From positions 14,570,001-14,634,000 of the forward strand of contig OY740810.1 of NCBI GenBank assembly GCA_963514005.1: a DNA stretch of 64,000 nt, given 5' to 3'. The position numbers were made by a program, and so were the translations under genes. Below are positions 15,801 to 30,800 of this stretch, piece after piece. The stretch comes from Raja brachyura. Its lineage: Eukaryota. The notes under the pieces are model-generated. The model saw nothing but the letters and a program-made list of their open reading frames with translations. It had not been told where the DNA came from and did not search any database. Each line of letters begins with the position of its first letter. Position 1 is the stretch's first letter.

Positions 15801-18800
15801 AAATAAGGATTTACTTCTAATCAAATTCATTGGATTCGAGTGAACGTTCAGAAAATGTCATTATCTATCAATTTCTCCTATTTAATGTACACATTTCGCC
15901 AGATACATCATTATTCTTTTAATCTTTCAGGTTACAATGAACCATCACCTACAACAAGTGAGTACTGTTTTGAATTTGATATTTCACTAACATTTCCTTT
16001 TGTTGCAGTGGATAACAACAGTGAATATATCTACCAAACGTTCAATAAATATTGTCAGATGTGGTCTCCGTATTAGTGATGTTAACTCAGCAAGTGTATG
16101 ACAATGGAAAGTGGATGAAATGTGACCATCCTATCATCATCAATGCTTTCCTCTCCACTGCTGGCCATACATTCCATCAGGCTCCACCCAAAATACCAAT
16201 GTACCAATCTTTGCTTCATTGGAAATGATAATCATAGACCGTTATGTCATGATGGATACAGTACAGAAATTGGCTCTTTGGATCATGGATTCTGTGGCAA
16301 AGGCAATCTACCCCTTTATACTAATCCTATATTAATCACATTTTTTATTCTCCCTTTATCAAAAGTAATTCACATTATTCCCTTCATCATGTATTTGTAC
16401 ACAGTGGATGGCATGATTGCAATCATGTATAGTATTTCCACTAACTGGTTAGCATGCAACAAAAGCTTTTCACTTTACCTCGGTACACATGACAAAGAAC
16501 TAAACGCAAACTCAAACTCAAACTCATCCTCTTCAACTGCAGCAAGGGTTTACCATTGACCTACTTATTTGGGTCATTTTACAGTGGCCATAGAGCTCAG
16601 ACTTTTACATTATTCATCTATGTGTAACACTCTTTCCCTTCTTTACACCAAGTGTTAACAATAATTGAACAAAAAGCTTTTTTTTAAAATGATTGTTTAA
16701 TAATTTTGCACAATTTCTTAACAGCAATATCACCAACTCAGACCACAACTCTAAATTTGCAACCAAATCCCCTTGATTTTAACGTGACCTTCATTGCGAC
16801 TAACTTGGCCTCAGCAGCAGATTTACAAGATCCCAATTCCGCATTGTTCAACTCTGCAGCAAATGTTATTGTTTTACAGGTCAGTTGACAAATTACTGAT
16901 TGATTTAATCAATTCGTTACTCATGGTTCAGAGAGTCTAATACTCTAACCATTGCCTTTTTACAGCTGAACCAACTGTTTCGCAGCAGTAATGTTAACGA
17001 AACCTTCTCCAGCTGCAGAGTTCTTTCATTCAGGTAAGCAAAACTACAATTCATCCGGGTCAGTATTTGCATCGACACCACGTGCGACCTCAGAAAAGCA
17101 AATGTAACTGCAAATGCATCAACATTTCCTAAATGGTAGCTCTGATAGAAAAATGGCAAGCTCATATTTAGACTTGTTTTTCCCAAAGATAATTCCCAAA
17201 CCAATATTTGTGGATTTCTAGGGAGTTTCACAATGTCCATGGTGGTGCATCCCAAGTCCTTCATGTGCCATGGACACAATGATGTGTCGGTTCATGGACA
17301 TGCAGTGGTGCACAAGAAATTCATAAGGTGACTTTCAGATTCTAGACAACACCCGCATCATGCAGATATTGTAGTTGACTCATGTAAATGTTACCGCCGA
17401 GTGCTTGCAAGGTCTGCTATAGCATTGGTTTGAGGGGAAACAGGTCCAGGTCATGGATTGCAGTGGTGAAAGCCCATCTCCGATGGGCTCCGATGTACTG
17501 TTGATTCCCAATATCATGGCTCATCCCATTCCCAATGTATTAATTTGTGTACTAAAATAATACCTCAGGAATCAATAATTGCACAGAAACAGTCTACAGA
17601 GGAAATATTTAATTTATTTTGCAAATTGAATGCCATATCCCCATCTACAATTATTCTGGCAAATGATATACATGTTACGTGCTTGAGTATATAAATATAC
17701 TATTCCCCAACGTTTCAATCAATGGTTTCTATTCCCAAACTGTCTGACATATTAAGTCAAGCAGATTTACTCAATTACCTCTGCATCTATTCCACAGCCC
17801 CTCAGCTGTACAAGGCACCAGAGTGCATGCAAACTGCACCTTCACAAATGACTCTGATCCCCAGGATGTTAACAGGGTTAGATTGTACCGTGTGTTCAGA
17901 GACCTGTCTGAAGGCATCACCACTCTAGGACCATATTCTCTGGATAGCAACAGTCTCTACGTGAACGGTATGTATCACTGAAATAAGGATTTACTTCTGA
18001 TCAAATTCATTGGATTCGAGTGAACGTTCAGAAAATGTCATTATCTATCAATTTCTCCTATTTAATGTACACATTTCGCCAGATACATCATTATTCTTTT
18101 AATCTTTCAGGTTACAACGAACCATCACTTACAACAAGTGAGTACTGTTTTGAATTTGATATTTCACGAACATTTCCTTTTGTTGCAGTGGATAACAACA
18201 GTGAATATCTTTACCAAACGTTCAATAAATATTGTCAAATGTGGTCTCCATATTAGTGATGTTAACACAGCAAGCGTATGACAATGGAAAGTGGATGAGA
18301 TGTGACCATCCTATCATCATCAATGTTTTACTCTCCACTGCTGGCCATACATTCCATCAGGCTCCACCCAAAATACCAATGTATCAATATTTGCTTCAAT
18401 GGAAATGATAATCATAGACCGTTAGTGTCATGATGGATACAGCACAGAAATTGGCTCCTTGGATCCTGGTTTCTGTGGCAAAGGCAATCTACCCCTTTAT
18501 ACTAATCCTATATTAATCACATTTTTTATTCTCCCTTCATCAAAAGTAATTCACATTATTCCCTTCATCATGTATTTGTACACAGTGGATGGCATGATTG
18601 TAATCATGTATAGTATTTCCGCTAACTGGTTTGCATGCAACAAAAGCTTTTCTTTTTACCTCGGTACACATGACAAAGAACTAAACTCAAACGCAAACTC
18701 AAAATCATCCTCTTCAACTGCAGCAAGGGTTTACCATTGACCTACTAATTTGGGTCATTTTACAGTGGCCATAGAGCTCAGACTTTTACATTATTCATCT

Positions 18801-21800
18801 GTGTGTAACACTCTTTCCCTTCTTTACACCAAGTGTTAACAATAATTGAACAAAAAGCTATTTTTAAATTGATTGTTTAATAATTTTGCACAATTTTTTA
18901 ACAGCAATATCACCAACTCAGACCACAACTCCAAATTTGCAACCAAATCCCCTTGATTTTAACGTGACCTTCGTTGCGACTAACTTGGCCTCAGCAGCAG
19001 ATTTACAAGATCCCAATTCCGCATTGTTCAACTCTGCAGCAAGTGTTATTGTTTTGCAGGTCAGTTGACAAATTACTGATTGATTTAATCAATTCGTTAC
19101 TCATGGTTCAGAGAGTCTAATACTCTAACCATTGCCTTTTTACAGCTGAACCAACTGTTTCGCAGCAGTAATGTTAACGAAACCTTCTCCAGCTGCAGAG
19201 TTCTTTCATTCAGGTAAGCAAAACTAAGATTCATCCGGGTCAGTATTTGCATCAACACCACGTACGACCTCAGAAAAGCAAATGTAACTGCAAATGCATC
19301 AACATTTCCTAAATGGTAGCTCTGATAGAAAAATGGCATGCTCATATTTAGACTTGTTTTTCCCAAAGATAATTCCCAAACCAATATTTGTGGATTTCTA
19401 GGGAGTTTCACAATGTCCATGGTGGTGCATCCCAAGTCCTTCATGTGCCATGGACACAATGATGTGTAGGTTCATGGACATGCAGTGGTGCACAAGAAAT
19501 TCATAAGGTGACTTTCAGATTCTAGACAACACCCGCATCATGCAGATATTGTAGTTGACTCATGTAAATGTTACCGCCGAGTGCTTGCAAGGTCTGCTTT
19601 AGCATTGGTTTGAGGGGAAACAGGTCCAGGTCATGGATTGCAGTGGTGAAAGCCCATCTCCGATGGGCTCCGATGTACTGTTGATTCCCAATATCATGGC
19701 TCATCCCATTCCCAATGTATTAATTTGTGTACTAAAATAATACCTCAGGAATCAATAATTGCACAGAAACAGTCTACAGAGGAAATATTTAATTTATTTT
19801 GCAAATTGAATGCCATATCCCCATCTACAATTATTCTGGCAAATGATATACATGTTACGTGCTTGAGTATATAAATATACTATTCCCCAACGTTTCAATC
19901 AATGGTTTCTATTCCCAAACTGTCTGACATATTAAGTCAAGCAGATTTACTCAATTACCTCTGCATCTATTCCACAGCCCCTCAGCTGTACAAGGCACCA
20001 GAGTGCATGCAAACTGCACCTTCACAAATGACTCTGATCCCCAGGATGTTAACAGGGTTAGATTGTACCGTGTGTTCAGAGACCTGTCTGAAGGCATCAC
20101 CACTCTAGGACCATATTCTCTGGATAGCAACAGTCTCTACGTGAACGGTATGTATCACTGAAATAAGGATTTACTTCTGATCAAATTCATTGGATTCGAG
20201 TGAACGTTCAGAAAATGTCATTATCTATCAATTTCTCCTATTTAATGTACGCATTTCGCCAGATACATCATTATTCTTTTAATCTTTCAGGTTACAACGA
20301 ACCATCACTTACAACAAGTGAGTACTGTTTTGAATTTGATATTTCACGAACATTTCCTTTTGTTGCAGTGGATAACAACAGTGAATATCTTTACCAAACG
20401 TTCAATAAATATTGTCAAATGTGGTCTCCATATTAGTGATGTTAACACAGCAAGCGTATGACAATGGAAAGTGGATGAGATGTGACCATCCTATCATCAT
20501 CAATGTTTTACTCTCCACTGCTGGCCATACATTCCATCAGGCTCCACCCAAAATACCAATGTACCAATATTTGCTTCATTGGAAATGATAATCATAGACC
20601 GTTAGTGTCATGATGGATACAGCACAGAAATTGGCTCTTTGGATCCTGGTTTCTGTGGCAAAGGCAATCTACCCCTTTATACTAATCCTATATTAATCAC
20701 ATTTTTTATTCTCCCTTCATCAAAAGTAATTCACATTATTCCCTTCATCATGTATTTGTACACAGTGGATGGCATGATTGTAATCATGTATAGTATTTCC
20801 ACTAACTGGTTCGCATGCAACAAAAGCTTTTCTTTTTACCTCGGTACACATGACAAAGAACTAAACTCAAACTCAAAATCATCCTCTTCAACTGCAGCAA
20901 GGGTTTACCATTGACCTACTAATTTGGGTCATTTTACAGTGGCCATAGAGCTCAGACTTTTACATTATTCATCTATGTGTAACACTCTTTCCCTTCTTTA
21001 CACCAGGTGTTAACAATAATTGAACAAAAAGCTATTTTTAAATTGATTGTTTAATAATTTTGCACAATTTTTTAACAGCAATATCACCAACTCAGACCAC
21101 AACTCCAAATTTGCAACCAAATCCCCTTGATTTTAACGTGACCTTCGTTGCGACTAACTTGGCCTCAGCAGCAGATTTACAAGATCCCAATTCCGCATTG
21201 TTCAACTCTGCAGCAAGTGTTATTGTTTTGCAGGTCAGTTGACAAATTACTGATTGATTTAATCAATTCGTTACTCATGGTTCAGAGAGTCTAATACTCT
21301 AACCATTGCCTTTTTACAGCTGAACCAACTGTTTCGCAGCAGTAATGTTAACGAAACCTTCTCCAGCTGCAGAGTTCTTTCATTCAGGTAAGCAAAACTA
21401 AGATTCATCCGGGTCAGTATTTGCATCAACACCACGTACGACCTCAGAAAAGCAAATGTAACTGCAAATGCATCAACATTTCCTAAATGGTAGCTCTGAT
21501 AGAAAAATGGCATGCTCATATTTAGACTTGTTTTTCCCAAAGATAATTCCCAAACCAATATTTGTGGATTTCTAGGGAGTTTCACAATGTCCATGGTGGT
21601 GCATCCCAAGTCCTTCATGTGCCATGGACACAATGATGTGTAGGTTCATGGACATGCAGTGGTGCACAAGAAATTCATAAGGTGACTTTCAGATTCTAGA
21701 CAACACCCGCATCATGCAGATATTGTAGTTGACTCATGTAAATGTTACCGCCGAGTGCTTGCAAGGTCTGCTTTAGCATTGGTTTGAGGGGAAACAGGTC

Positions 21801-24800
21801 CAGGTCATGGATTGCAGTGGTGAAAGCCCATCTCCGATGGGCTCCGATGTACTGTTGATTCCCAATATCATGGCTCATCCCATTCCCAATGTATTAATTT
21901 GTGTACTAAAATAATACCTCAGGAATCAATAATTGCACAGAAACAGTCTACAGAGGAAATATTTAATTTATTTTGCAAATTGAATGCCATATCCCCATCT
22001 ACAATTATTCTGGCAAATGATATACATGTTACGTGCTTGAGTATATAAATATACTATTCCCCAACGTTTCAATCAATGGTTTCTATTCCCAAACTGTCTG
22101 ACATATTAAGTCAAGCAGATTTACTCAATTACCTCTGCATCTATTCCACAGCCCCTCAGCTGTACAAGGCACCAGAGTGCATGCAAACTGCACCTTCACA
22201 AATGACTCTGATCCCCAGGATGTTAACAGGGTTAGATTGTACCGTGTGTTCAGAGACCTGTCTGAAGGCATCACCACTCTAGGACCATATTCTCTGGATA
22301 GCAACAGTCTCTACGTGAACGGTATGTATCACTGAAATAAGGATTTACTTCTGATCAAATTCATTGGATTCGAGTGAACGTTCAGAAAATGTCATTATCT
22401 ATCAATTTCTCCTATTTAATGTACGCATTTCGCCAGATACATCATTATTCTTTTAATCTTTCAGGTTACAACGAACCATCACTTACAACAAGTGAGTACT
22501 GTTTTGAATTTGATATTTCACGAACATTTCCTTTTGTTGCAGTGGATAACAACAGTGAATATCTTTACCAAACGTTCAATAAATATTGTCAAATGTGGTC
22601 TCCATATTAGTGATGTTAACACAGCAAGCGTATGACAATGGAAAGTGGATGAGATGTGACCATCCTATCATCATCAATGTTTTACTCTCCACTGCTGGCC
22701 ATACATTCCATCAGGCTCCACCCAAAATACCAATGTACCAATATTTGCTTCATTGGAAATGATAATCATAGACCGTTAGTGTCATGATGGATACAGCACA
22801 GAAATTGGCTCTTTGGATCCTGGTTTCTGTGGCAAAGGCAATCTACCCCTTTATACTAATCCTATATTAATCACATTTTTTATTCTCCCTTCATCAAAAG
22901 TAATTCACATTATTCCCTTCATCATGTATTTGTACACAGTGGATGGCATGATTGTAATCATGTATAGTATTTCCACTAACTGGTTCGCATGCAACAAAAG
23001 CTTTTCTTTTTACCTCGGTACACATGACAAAGAACTAAACTCAAACTCAAAATCATCCTCTTCAACTGCAGCAAGGGTTTACCATTGACCTACTAATTTG
23101 GGTCATTTTACAGTGGCCATAGAGCTCAGACTTTTACATTATTCATCTATGTGTAACACTCTTTCCCTTCTTTACACCAGGTGTTAACAATAATTGAACA
23201 AAAAGCTATTTTTAAATTGATTGTTTAATAATTTTGCACAATTTTTTAACAGCAATATCACCAACTCAGACCACAACTCCAAATTTGCAACCAAATCCCC
23301 TTGATTTTAACGTGACCTTCGTTGCGACTAACTTGGCCTCAGCAGCAGATTTACAAGATCCCAATTCCGCATTGTTCAACTCTGCAGCAAGTGTTATTGT
23401 TTTGCAGGTCAGTTGACAAATTACTGATTGATTTAATCAATTCGTTACTCATGGTTCAGAGAGTCTAATACTCTAACCATTGCCTTTTTACAGCTGAACC
23501 AACTGTTTCGCAGCAGTAATGTTAACGAAACCTTCTCCAGCTGCAGAGTTCTTTCATTCAGGTAAGCAAAACTAAGATTCATCCGGGTCAGTATTTGCAT
23601 CAACACCACGTACGACCTCAGAAAAGCAAATGTAACTGCAAATGCATCAACATTTCCTAAATGGTAGCTCTGATAGAAAAATGGCATGCTCATATTTAGA
23701 CTTGTTTTTCCCAAAGATAATTCCCAAACCAATATTTGTGGATTTCTAGGGAGTTTCACAATGTCCATGGTGGTGCATCCCAAGTCCTTCATGTGCCATG
23801 GACACAATGATGTGTAGGTTCATGGACATGCAGTGGTGCACAAGAAATTCATAAGGTGACTTTCAGATTCTAGACAACACCCGCATCATGCAGATATTGT
23901 AGTTGACTCATGTAAATGTTACCGCCGAGTGCTTGCAAGGTCTGCTTTAGCATTGGTTTGAGGGGAAACAGGTCCAGGTCATGGATTGCAGTGGTGAAAG
24001 CCCATCTCCGATGGGCTCCGATGTACTGTTGATTCCCAATATCATGGCTCATCCCATTCCCAATGTATTAATTTGTGTACTAAAATAATACCTCAGGAAT
24101 CAATAATTGCACAGAAACAGTCTACAGAGGAAATATTTAATTTATTTTGCAAATTGAATGCCATATCCCCATCTACAATTATTCTGGCAAATGATATACA
24201 TGTTACGTGCTTGAGTATATAAATATACTATTCCCCAACGTTTCAATCAATGGTTTCTATTCCCAAACTGTCTGACATATTAAGTCAAGCAGATTTACTC
24301 AATTACCTCTGCATCTATTCCACAGCCCCTCAGCTGTACAAGGCACCAGAGTGCATGCAAACTGCACCTTCACAAATGACTCTGATCCCCAGGATGTTAA
24401 CAGGGTTAGATTGTACCGTGTGTTCAGAGACCTGTCTGAAGGCATCACCACTCTAGGACCATATTCTCTGGATAGTAACAGCCTCTACGTGAACGGTATG
24501 TATCACTGAAGTTAGGATTTACTTCTGATCAAATTCATTGGATTCGAGTGAACGTTCAGAAAATGTCATTATCTATCAATTTCTCCTATTTAATGTACGC
24601 ATTTCGCCAGATACATCATTATTCTTTTAATCTTTCAGGTTACAACGAACCATCACTTACAACAAGTGAGTACTGTTTTGAATTTGATATTTCACGAACA
24701 TTTCCTTTTGTTGCAGTGGATAACAACAGTGAATATCTTTACCAAACGTTCAATAAATATTGTCAAATGTGGTCTCCATATTAGTGATGTTAACACAGCA

Positions 24801-27800
24801 AGCGTATGACAATGGAAAGTGGATGAGATGTGACCATCCTATCATCATCAATGTTTTACTCTCCACTGCTGGCCATACATTCCATCAGGCTCCACCCAAA
24901 ATACCAATGTACCAATATTTGCTTCATTGGAAATGATAATCATAGACCGTTAGTGTCATGATGGATACAGCACAGAAATTGGCTCTTTGGATCCTGGTTT
25001 CTGTGGCAAAGGCAATCTACCCCTTTATACTAATCCTATATTAATCACATTTTTTATTCTCCCTTCATCAAAAGTAATTCACATTATTCCCTTCATCATG
25101 TATTTGTACACAGTGGATGGCATGATTGTAATCATGTATAGTATTTCCACTAACTGGTTCGCATGCAACAAAAGCTTTTCTTTTTACCTCGGTACACATG
25201 ACAAAGAACTAAACTCAAACTCAAAATCATCCTCTTCAACTGCAGCAAGGGTTTACCATTGACCTACTAATTTGGGTCATTTTACAGTGGCCATAGAGCT
25301 CAGACTTTTACATTATTCATCTATGTGTAACACTCTTTCCCTTCTTTACACCAGGTGTTAACAATAATTGAACAAAAAGCTATTTTTAAATTGATTGTTT
25401 AATAATTTTGCACAATTTTTTAACAGCAATATCACCAACTCAGACCACAACTCCAAATTTGCAACCAAATCCCCTTGATTTTAACGTGACCTTCGTTGCG
25501 ACTAACTTGGCCTCAGCAGCAGATTTACAAGATCCCAATTCCGCATTGTTCAACTCTGCAGCAAGTGTTATTGTTTTGCAGGTCAGTTGACAAATTACTG
25601 ATTGATTTGATCAATTCGTTACTCATGGTTCAGAGAGTCTAATACTCTAACCATTGCCTTTTTACAGCTGAACCAACTGTTTCGCAGCAGTAATGTTAAC
25701 GAAACCTTCTCCAGCTGCAGAGTTCTTTCATTCAGGTAAGCAAAACTAAGATTCATCCGGGTCAGTATTTGCATCAACACCACGTACGACCTCAGAAAAG
25801 CAAATGTAACTGCAAATGCATCAACATTTCCTAAATGGTAGCTCTGATAGAAAAATGGCATGCTCATATTTAGACTTGTTTTTCCCAAAGATAATTCCCA
25901 AACCAATATTTGTGGATTTCTAGGGAGTTTCACAATGTCCATGGTGGTGCATCCCAAGTCCTTCATGTGCCATGGACACAATGATGTGTAGGTTCATGGA
26001 CATGCAGTGGTGCACAAGAAATTCATAAGGTGACTTTCAGATTCTAGACAACACCCGCATCATGCAGATATTGTAGTTGACTCATGTAAATGTTACCGCC
26101 GAGTGCTTGCAAGGTCTGCTTTAGCATTGGTTTGAGGGGAAACAGGTCCAGGTCATGGATTGCAGTGGTGAAAGCCCATCTCCGATGGGCTCCGATGTAC
26201 TGTTGATTCCCAATATCATGGCTCATCCCATTCCCAATGTATTAATTTGTGTACTAAAATAATACCTCAGGAATCAATAATTGCACAGAAACAGTCTACA
26301 GAGGAAATATTTAATTTATTTTGCAAATTGAATGCCATATCCCCATCTACAATTATTCTGGCAAATGATATACATGTTACGTGCTTGAGTATATAAATAT
26401 ACTATTCCCCAACGTTTCAATCAATGGTTTCTATTCCCAAACTGTCTGACATATTAAGTCAAGCAGATTTACTCAATTACCTCTGCATCTATTCCACAGC
26501 CCCTCAGCTGTACAAGGCACCAGAGTGCATGCAAACTGCACCTTCACAAATGACTCTGATCCCCAGGATGTTAACAGGGTTAGATTGTACCGTGTGTTCA
26601 GAGACCTGTCTGAAGGCATCACCACTCTAGGACCATATTCTCTGGATAGCAACAGTCTCTACGTGAACGGTATGTATCACTGAAATAAGGATTTACTTCT
26701 GATCAAATTCATTGGATTCGAGTGAACGTTCAGAAAATGTCATTATCTATCAATTTCTCCTATTTAATGTACGCATTTCGCCAGATACATCATTATTCTT
26801 TTAATCTTTCAGGTTACAACGAACCATCACTTACAACAAGTGAGTACTGTTTTGAATTTGATATTTCACGAACATTTCCTTTTGTTGCAGTGGATAACAA
26901 CAGTGAATATCTTTACCAAACGTTCAATAAATATTGTCAAATGTGGTCTCCATATTAGCGATGTTAACACAGCAAGCGTATGACAATGGAAAGTGGATGA
27001 GATGTGACTATCCTATCATCATCAATGTTTTCATCTCCACTGCTGGCCATACATTCCATCAGGCTCCACCCAAAATACCAATGTACCAATCTTTGCTTCA
27101 TTGGAAATGATAATCATAGACCGTTAGTGTCATGATGGATACAGCACAGAAATTGGCTCTTTGGATCCTGGTTTCTGTGGCAAAGGCAATCTGCCCCTTT
27201 ATTCTAATCCTATATTAATCACATTTTTTATTCTCCCTTCATCATAAGTAATTCACATTATTCCCTTCATCATGTATTTGTACACAGTGGATGGCATGAT
27301 TGCAATCATGTATAGTATTTCCACTAACTGGTTAGCATCCAACAAAAGCTTTTCTTTTTACCTCGGTACACATGACAAAGAACTAAACTCAAACGCAAAC
27401 TCAAACTCATCCTCTTCAACTGCAGCAAGGGTTTACCATTGACCTACTTATTTGGGTCATTTTACAGTGGCCATAGAGCTCAGACTTTTACATTATTCAT
27501 CTATGTGTAACACTCTTTCCCTTCTTTACACCAAGTGTTAACAATAATTGAAGAAAAAGCTTTTTTTTAAATTGATTGTTTAATAATTTTGCACAATTTT
27601 TTAACAGCAATATCACCAACACAGACCACAACTCCAAATTTGCAACCAAATCCCCTTGATTTTAACGTGACCTTCGTTGCGACTAACTTGGCCTCAGCAG
27701 CAGATTTACAAGATCCCAATTCCGCATTGTTCAACTCTGCAGCAAGTGTTATTGTTTTGCAGGTCAGTTGACAAATTACTGATTGATTTAATCAATTCGT

Positions 27801-30800
27801 TACTCATGGTTCAGAGAGTCTAATACTCTAACCATTGCCTTTTTACAGCTGAACCAACTGTTTCGCAGCAGTAATGTTAACGAAACCTTCTCCAGCTGCA
27901 GAGTTCTTTCATTCAGGTAAGCAAAACTAAGATTCATCCGGGTCAGTATTTGCATCAACACCACGTACGACCTCAGAAAAGCAAATGTAACTGCAAATGC
28001 ATCAACATTTCCTAAATGGTAGCTGTGATAGAAAAATGGCAAGCTCATATTTAGACTTGTTTTTCCCAAAGATAATTCCCAAACCAATATTTGTGGATTT
28101 CTAGGGAGTTTCACAACGTCCATGGTGGTGCATCCCAAGTCATTCATGTGCCATGGACACAATGATGTGTAGGTTCATGGACATGCAGTGGTGCACAAGA
28201 AATTCATAAGGTGACTTTCAGATTCTAGACAACACCCGCATCATGCAGATATTGTGGTTGACTCATGTAAATGTTACCACCGAGTGCTTGCAAGGTCTGC
28301 TTTAGCATTGGTTTGAGGGGAAACAGGTCCAGGTCATGGATTGCAGTGGTGAAAGCCCATCTCCGATGGGCTCCGATGTACTGTTGATTCCCAATATCAT
28401 GGCTCATCCCATTCCCAATGTATTAATTTGTGTACTAAAATAATACCTCAGGAATCAATAATTGCACAGAAACAGTCTACAGTGGAAATATTTAATTTAT
28501 TTTGCAAATTGAATGCCATATCCCTGTCTACAATCATTCTGGCAAATGATATACATATTACGTGCTTGAGCATATAAATATACTATTCCCCAACGTTTCA
28601 ATCAATGGTTTCTATTCCCAAACTGTCTGACTTCTTAAGTCAAGCAGATTTACTAATTTACCTCTGCATCTATTCCACAGCCCCTCAGCTGTACAAGGCA
28701 CCAGAGTGCATGCAAACTGCACCTTCACAAATGACTCTGATCCCCAGGATGTTAACAGGGTTAGATTGTACCGTGTGTTCAGAGAACTGTCTAATGGCAT
28801 CACCGCTTTAGGACCATATTCATTGGACAGCGACAGCCTCTATGTGAACGGTATGTACCAAAGAAAGGAGGATTTTCTTCTAATCGCATTCATAACATTA
28901 GAGTGAACAAGTTCAGAAGATTTCGTAAAATCAAATAACTTTGTTCCCTTATTTAATGTTGACTTTTCACCGCATGTGTAAATATTCTTTCTTTTTTTCA
29001 GGTTACCACGAACCACCTACAACCTGTGAGTACTGTTTCTAATTCTATATGTCACTTAGATTTCCTTTTATTGTAGTGGATAACAACAGTGAATATTCTT
29101 TACCGATCATTCAGCACATATTGTCAGATGTCGCCTCCATATTAGCGATGCAGTGGCGACTAGTGAGTAACAATGGAAAGTGGATGAGGCGTGACCAACC
29201 CATTGCCTAAATTGAATTAAAAGTGGGCATTTTGTGCATTTTCTCAGTGGGATCAATGCATTTCTGGGATTGTAACATAATCAGACACACTGGAATTCAT
29301 TACTTTTTAGAGCAGTAGATGTGTCTATTTTTCATTGGGCATGGCTCCAATTTGTTCAACTTTTGATATGCACGCTGCATACATAGGAAAATGTATTTTA
29401 ATTTGTTATCACCCTTCTTTGTGCTATGCTAATATTTTTAACTTCAATTTACTTTGTTTCTCTTTCTCGTGTAGTGGAACCACCTATAGTACCAGTTACG
29501 GTTAAACCAGTTGACGAAGTGAAGAGGAAAGTATTCAACGTCACCTTCAATGTGCTCACACTGCCATTCACACCAAGTCTACAAAATATCACTTCCCCAG
29601 CCTATGTCATCCAATCAGCAGTCATTATTGATGAGGTAAAAAAAATATTATTTATGATTAGGATAGAGAATATTACACTTCATTATACTTCACATACTAA
29701 AATGACAACTTTAATTTTCAACAGCTGAATAATTTGTTTGCCAATAGCAGAGTAAATTCAACATTTTCAAGATGTCAGTCTGTATCTTTCCGGTAAGAAA
29801 TTAGTAATTTCTTTGAAAATTCCAAGATAACATGAATGCAAACCTTTTTTTAATGCTCAAATAGTCTGCGTATATTAAATAATACTAAATAGCAAGTCAT
29901 GGTAAGAAAATTCGACTCTCCTTTTTATAGTCTGGTGTTTGCACCAGTCATGGACTATGTAGTTTACCTGCAATAACTGATAAATTATTGTTAATATTAT
30001 TTTGTATCCAATATTTCTGTGGCATGTAAGAGTTTTATTGTTTTTGGTTCATTTGTGGTGCTTATGATAAATAAGCACTGGACAATCTGAGGAGTTGATT
30101 TTGTCACTGTATTGACACACTCAAGTGCTGTTTTGGATCTTGTTGGTTCTTGACATTTCTGTGTCAAATTGCTGGTAATGTAGACATTGAAATAACTTGA
30201 ATTCGGGGCTTCATGGAAACAAGCCTTTCCGCTTAAGTTCTGGTCAACAATTGATCACCCGTTAAACATTAGCTCTATGTTATCCCACTTTCTCACTCGC
30301 TTCCCACACATTAAGCACAATTTATAGAGGCCAACTAACCTACAAACACGCAAGTCTTATGCATGTGGGAGGAAACCAGAGCAACTGGAGGATACACATG
30401 CAGTCACTGGGAGAATGTGCAAACTCCACTCAGAGAGCGCTCGTGGACAGGATTGAACCCGGATCTCTAACACAGAGGCAGCTGCACCACTGAGCCACTC
30501 CATCCCCAGAATACCTTAGGTCCAGAAAAGGACGTTTGGAAGGTAACGGGCAGTGATACCAGGCTTGTGGATTGGCCCAACAAGCTCTGGCACAATATGT
30601 GTCATAATTTTAGTGGAGAACAATAATTATACGGAAAACTGGGTGTCATGGTACACCAGTCATTGAAAGTAGGCATGTAGGTGCAGCAGGCAGTGAAGAA
30701 AGCGAATGGTATGTTAGCTTTCATAGCAAAAGGATTTGAGTATAGGAGCAGGGAGGTTCTACTTCAGTTGTATAGGGTCTTGGTGAGACCACACCTGGAG

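Larger units (their letters stand above)
1..29000. repeat. Tandem array 1: 13 full ~2.18-kb units plus a partial one (exons and introns); continues upstream of window
   Basis: Exon C spacings 2177, 2178, 2179, 2177, 2178, 2179, 2019, 2180, 2180, 2174, 2174, 2174, 2181. Confidence 0.97.

Noticed and set aside
75-28407. Recurrent 60-120 aa ORFs (MRHDIG.., MVSIPK.., MDRRFC.., MCPWHM..) as a repeated small-gene cluster
   Set aside because: They are intronic, antisense or off-frame to real exons, are broken in some units, and recur only because the DNA is duplicated
29518-29530. Furin site at VKRK (and SRR at ~55783)
   Set aside because: Neither fits R-X-[KR]-R; dibasic only
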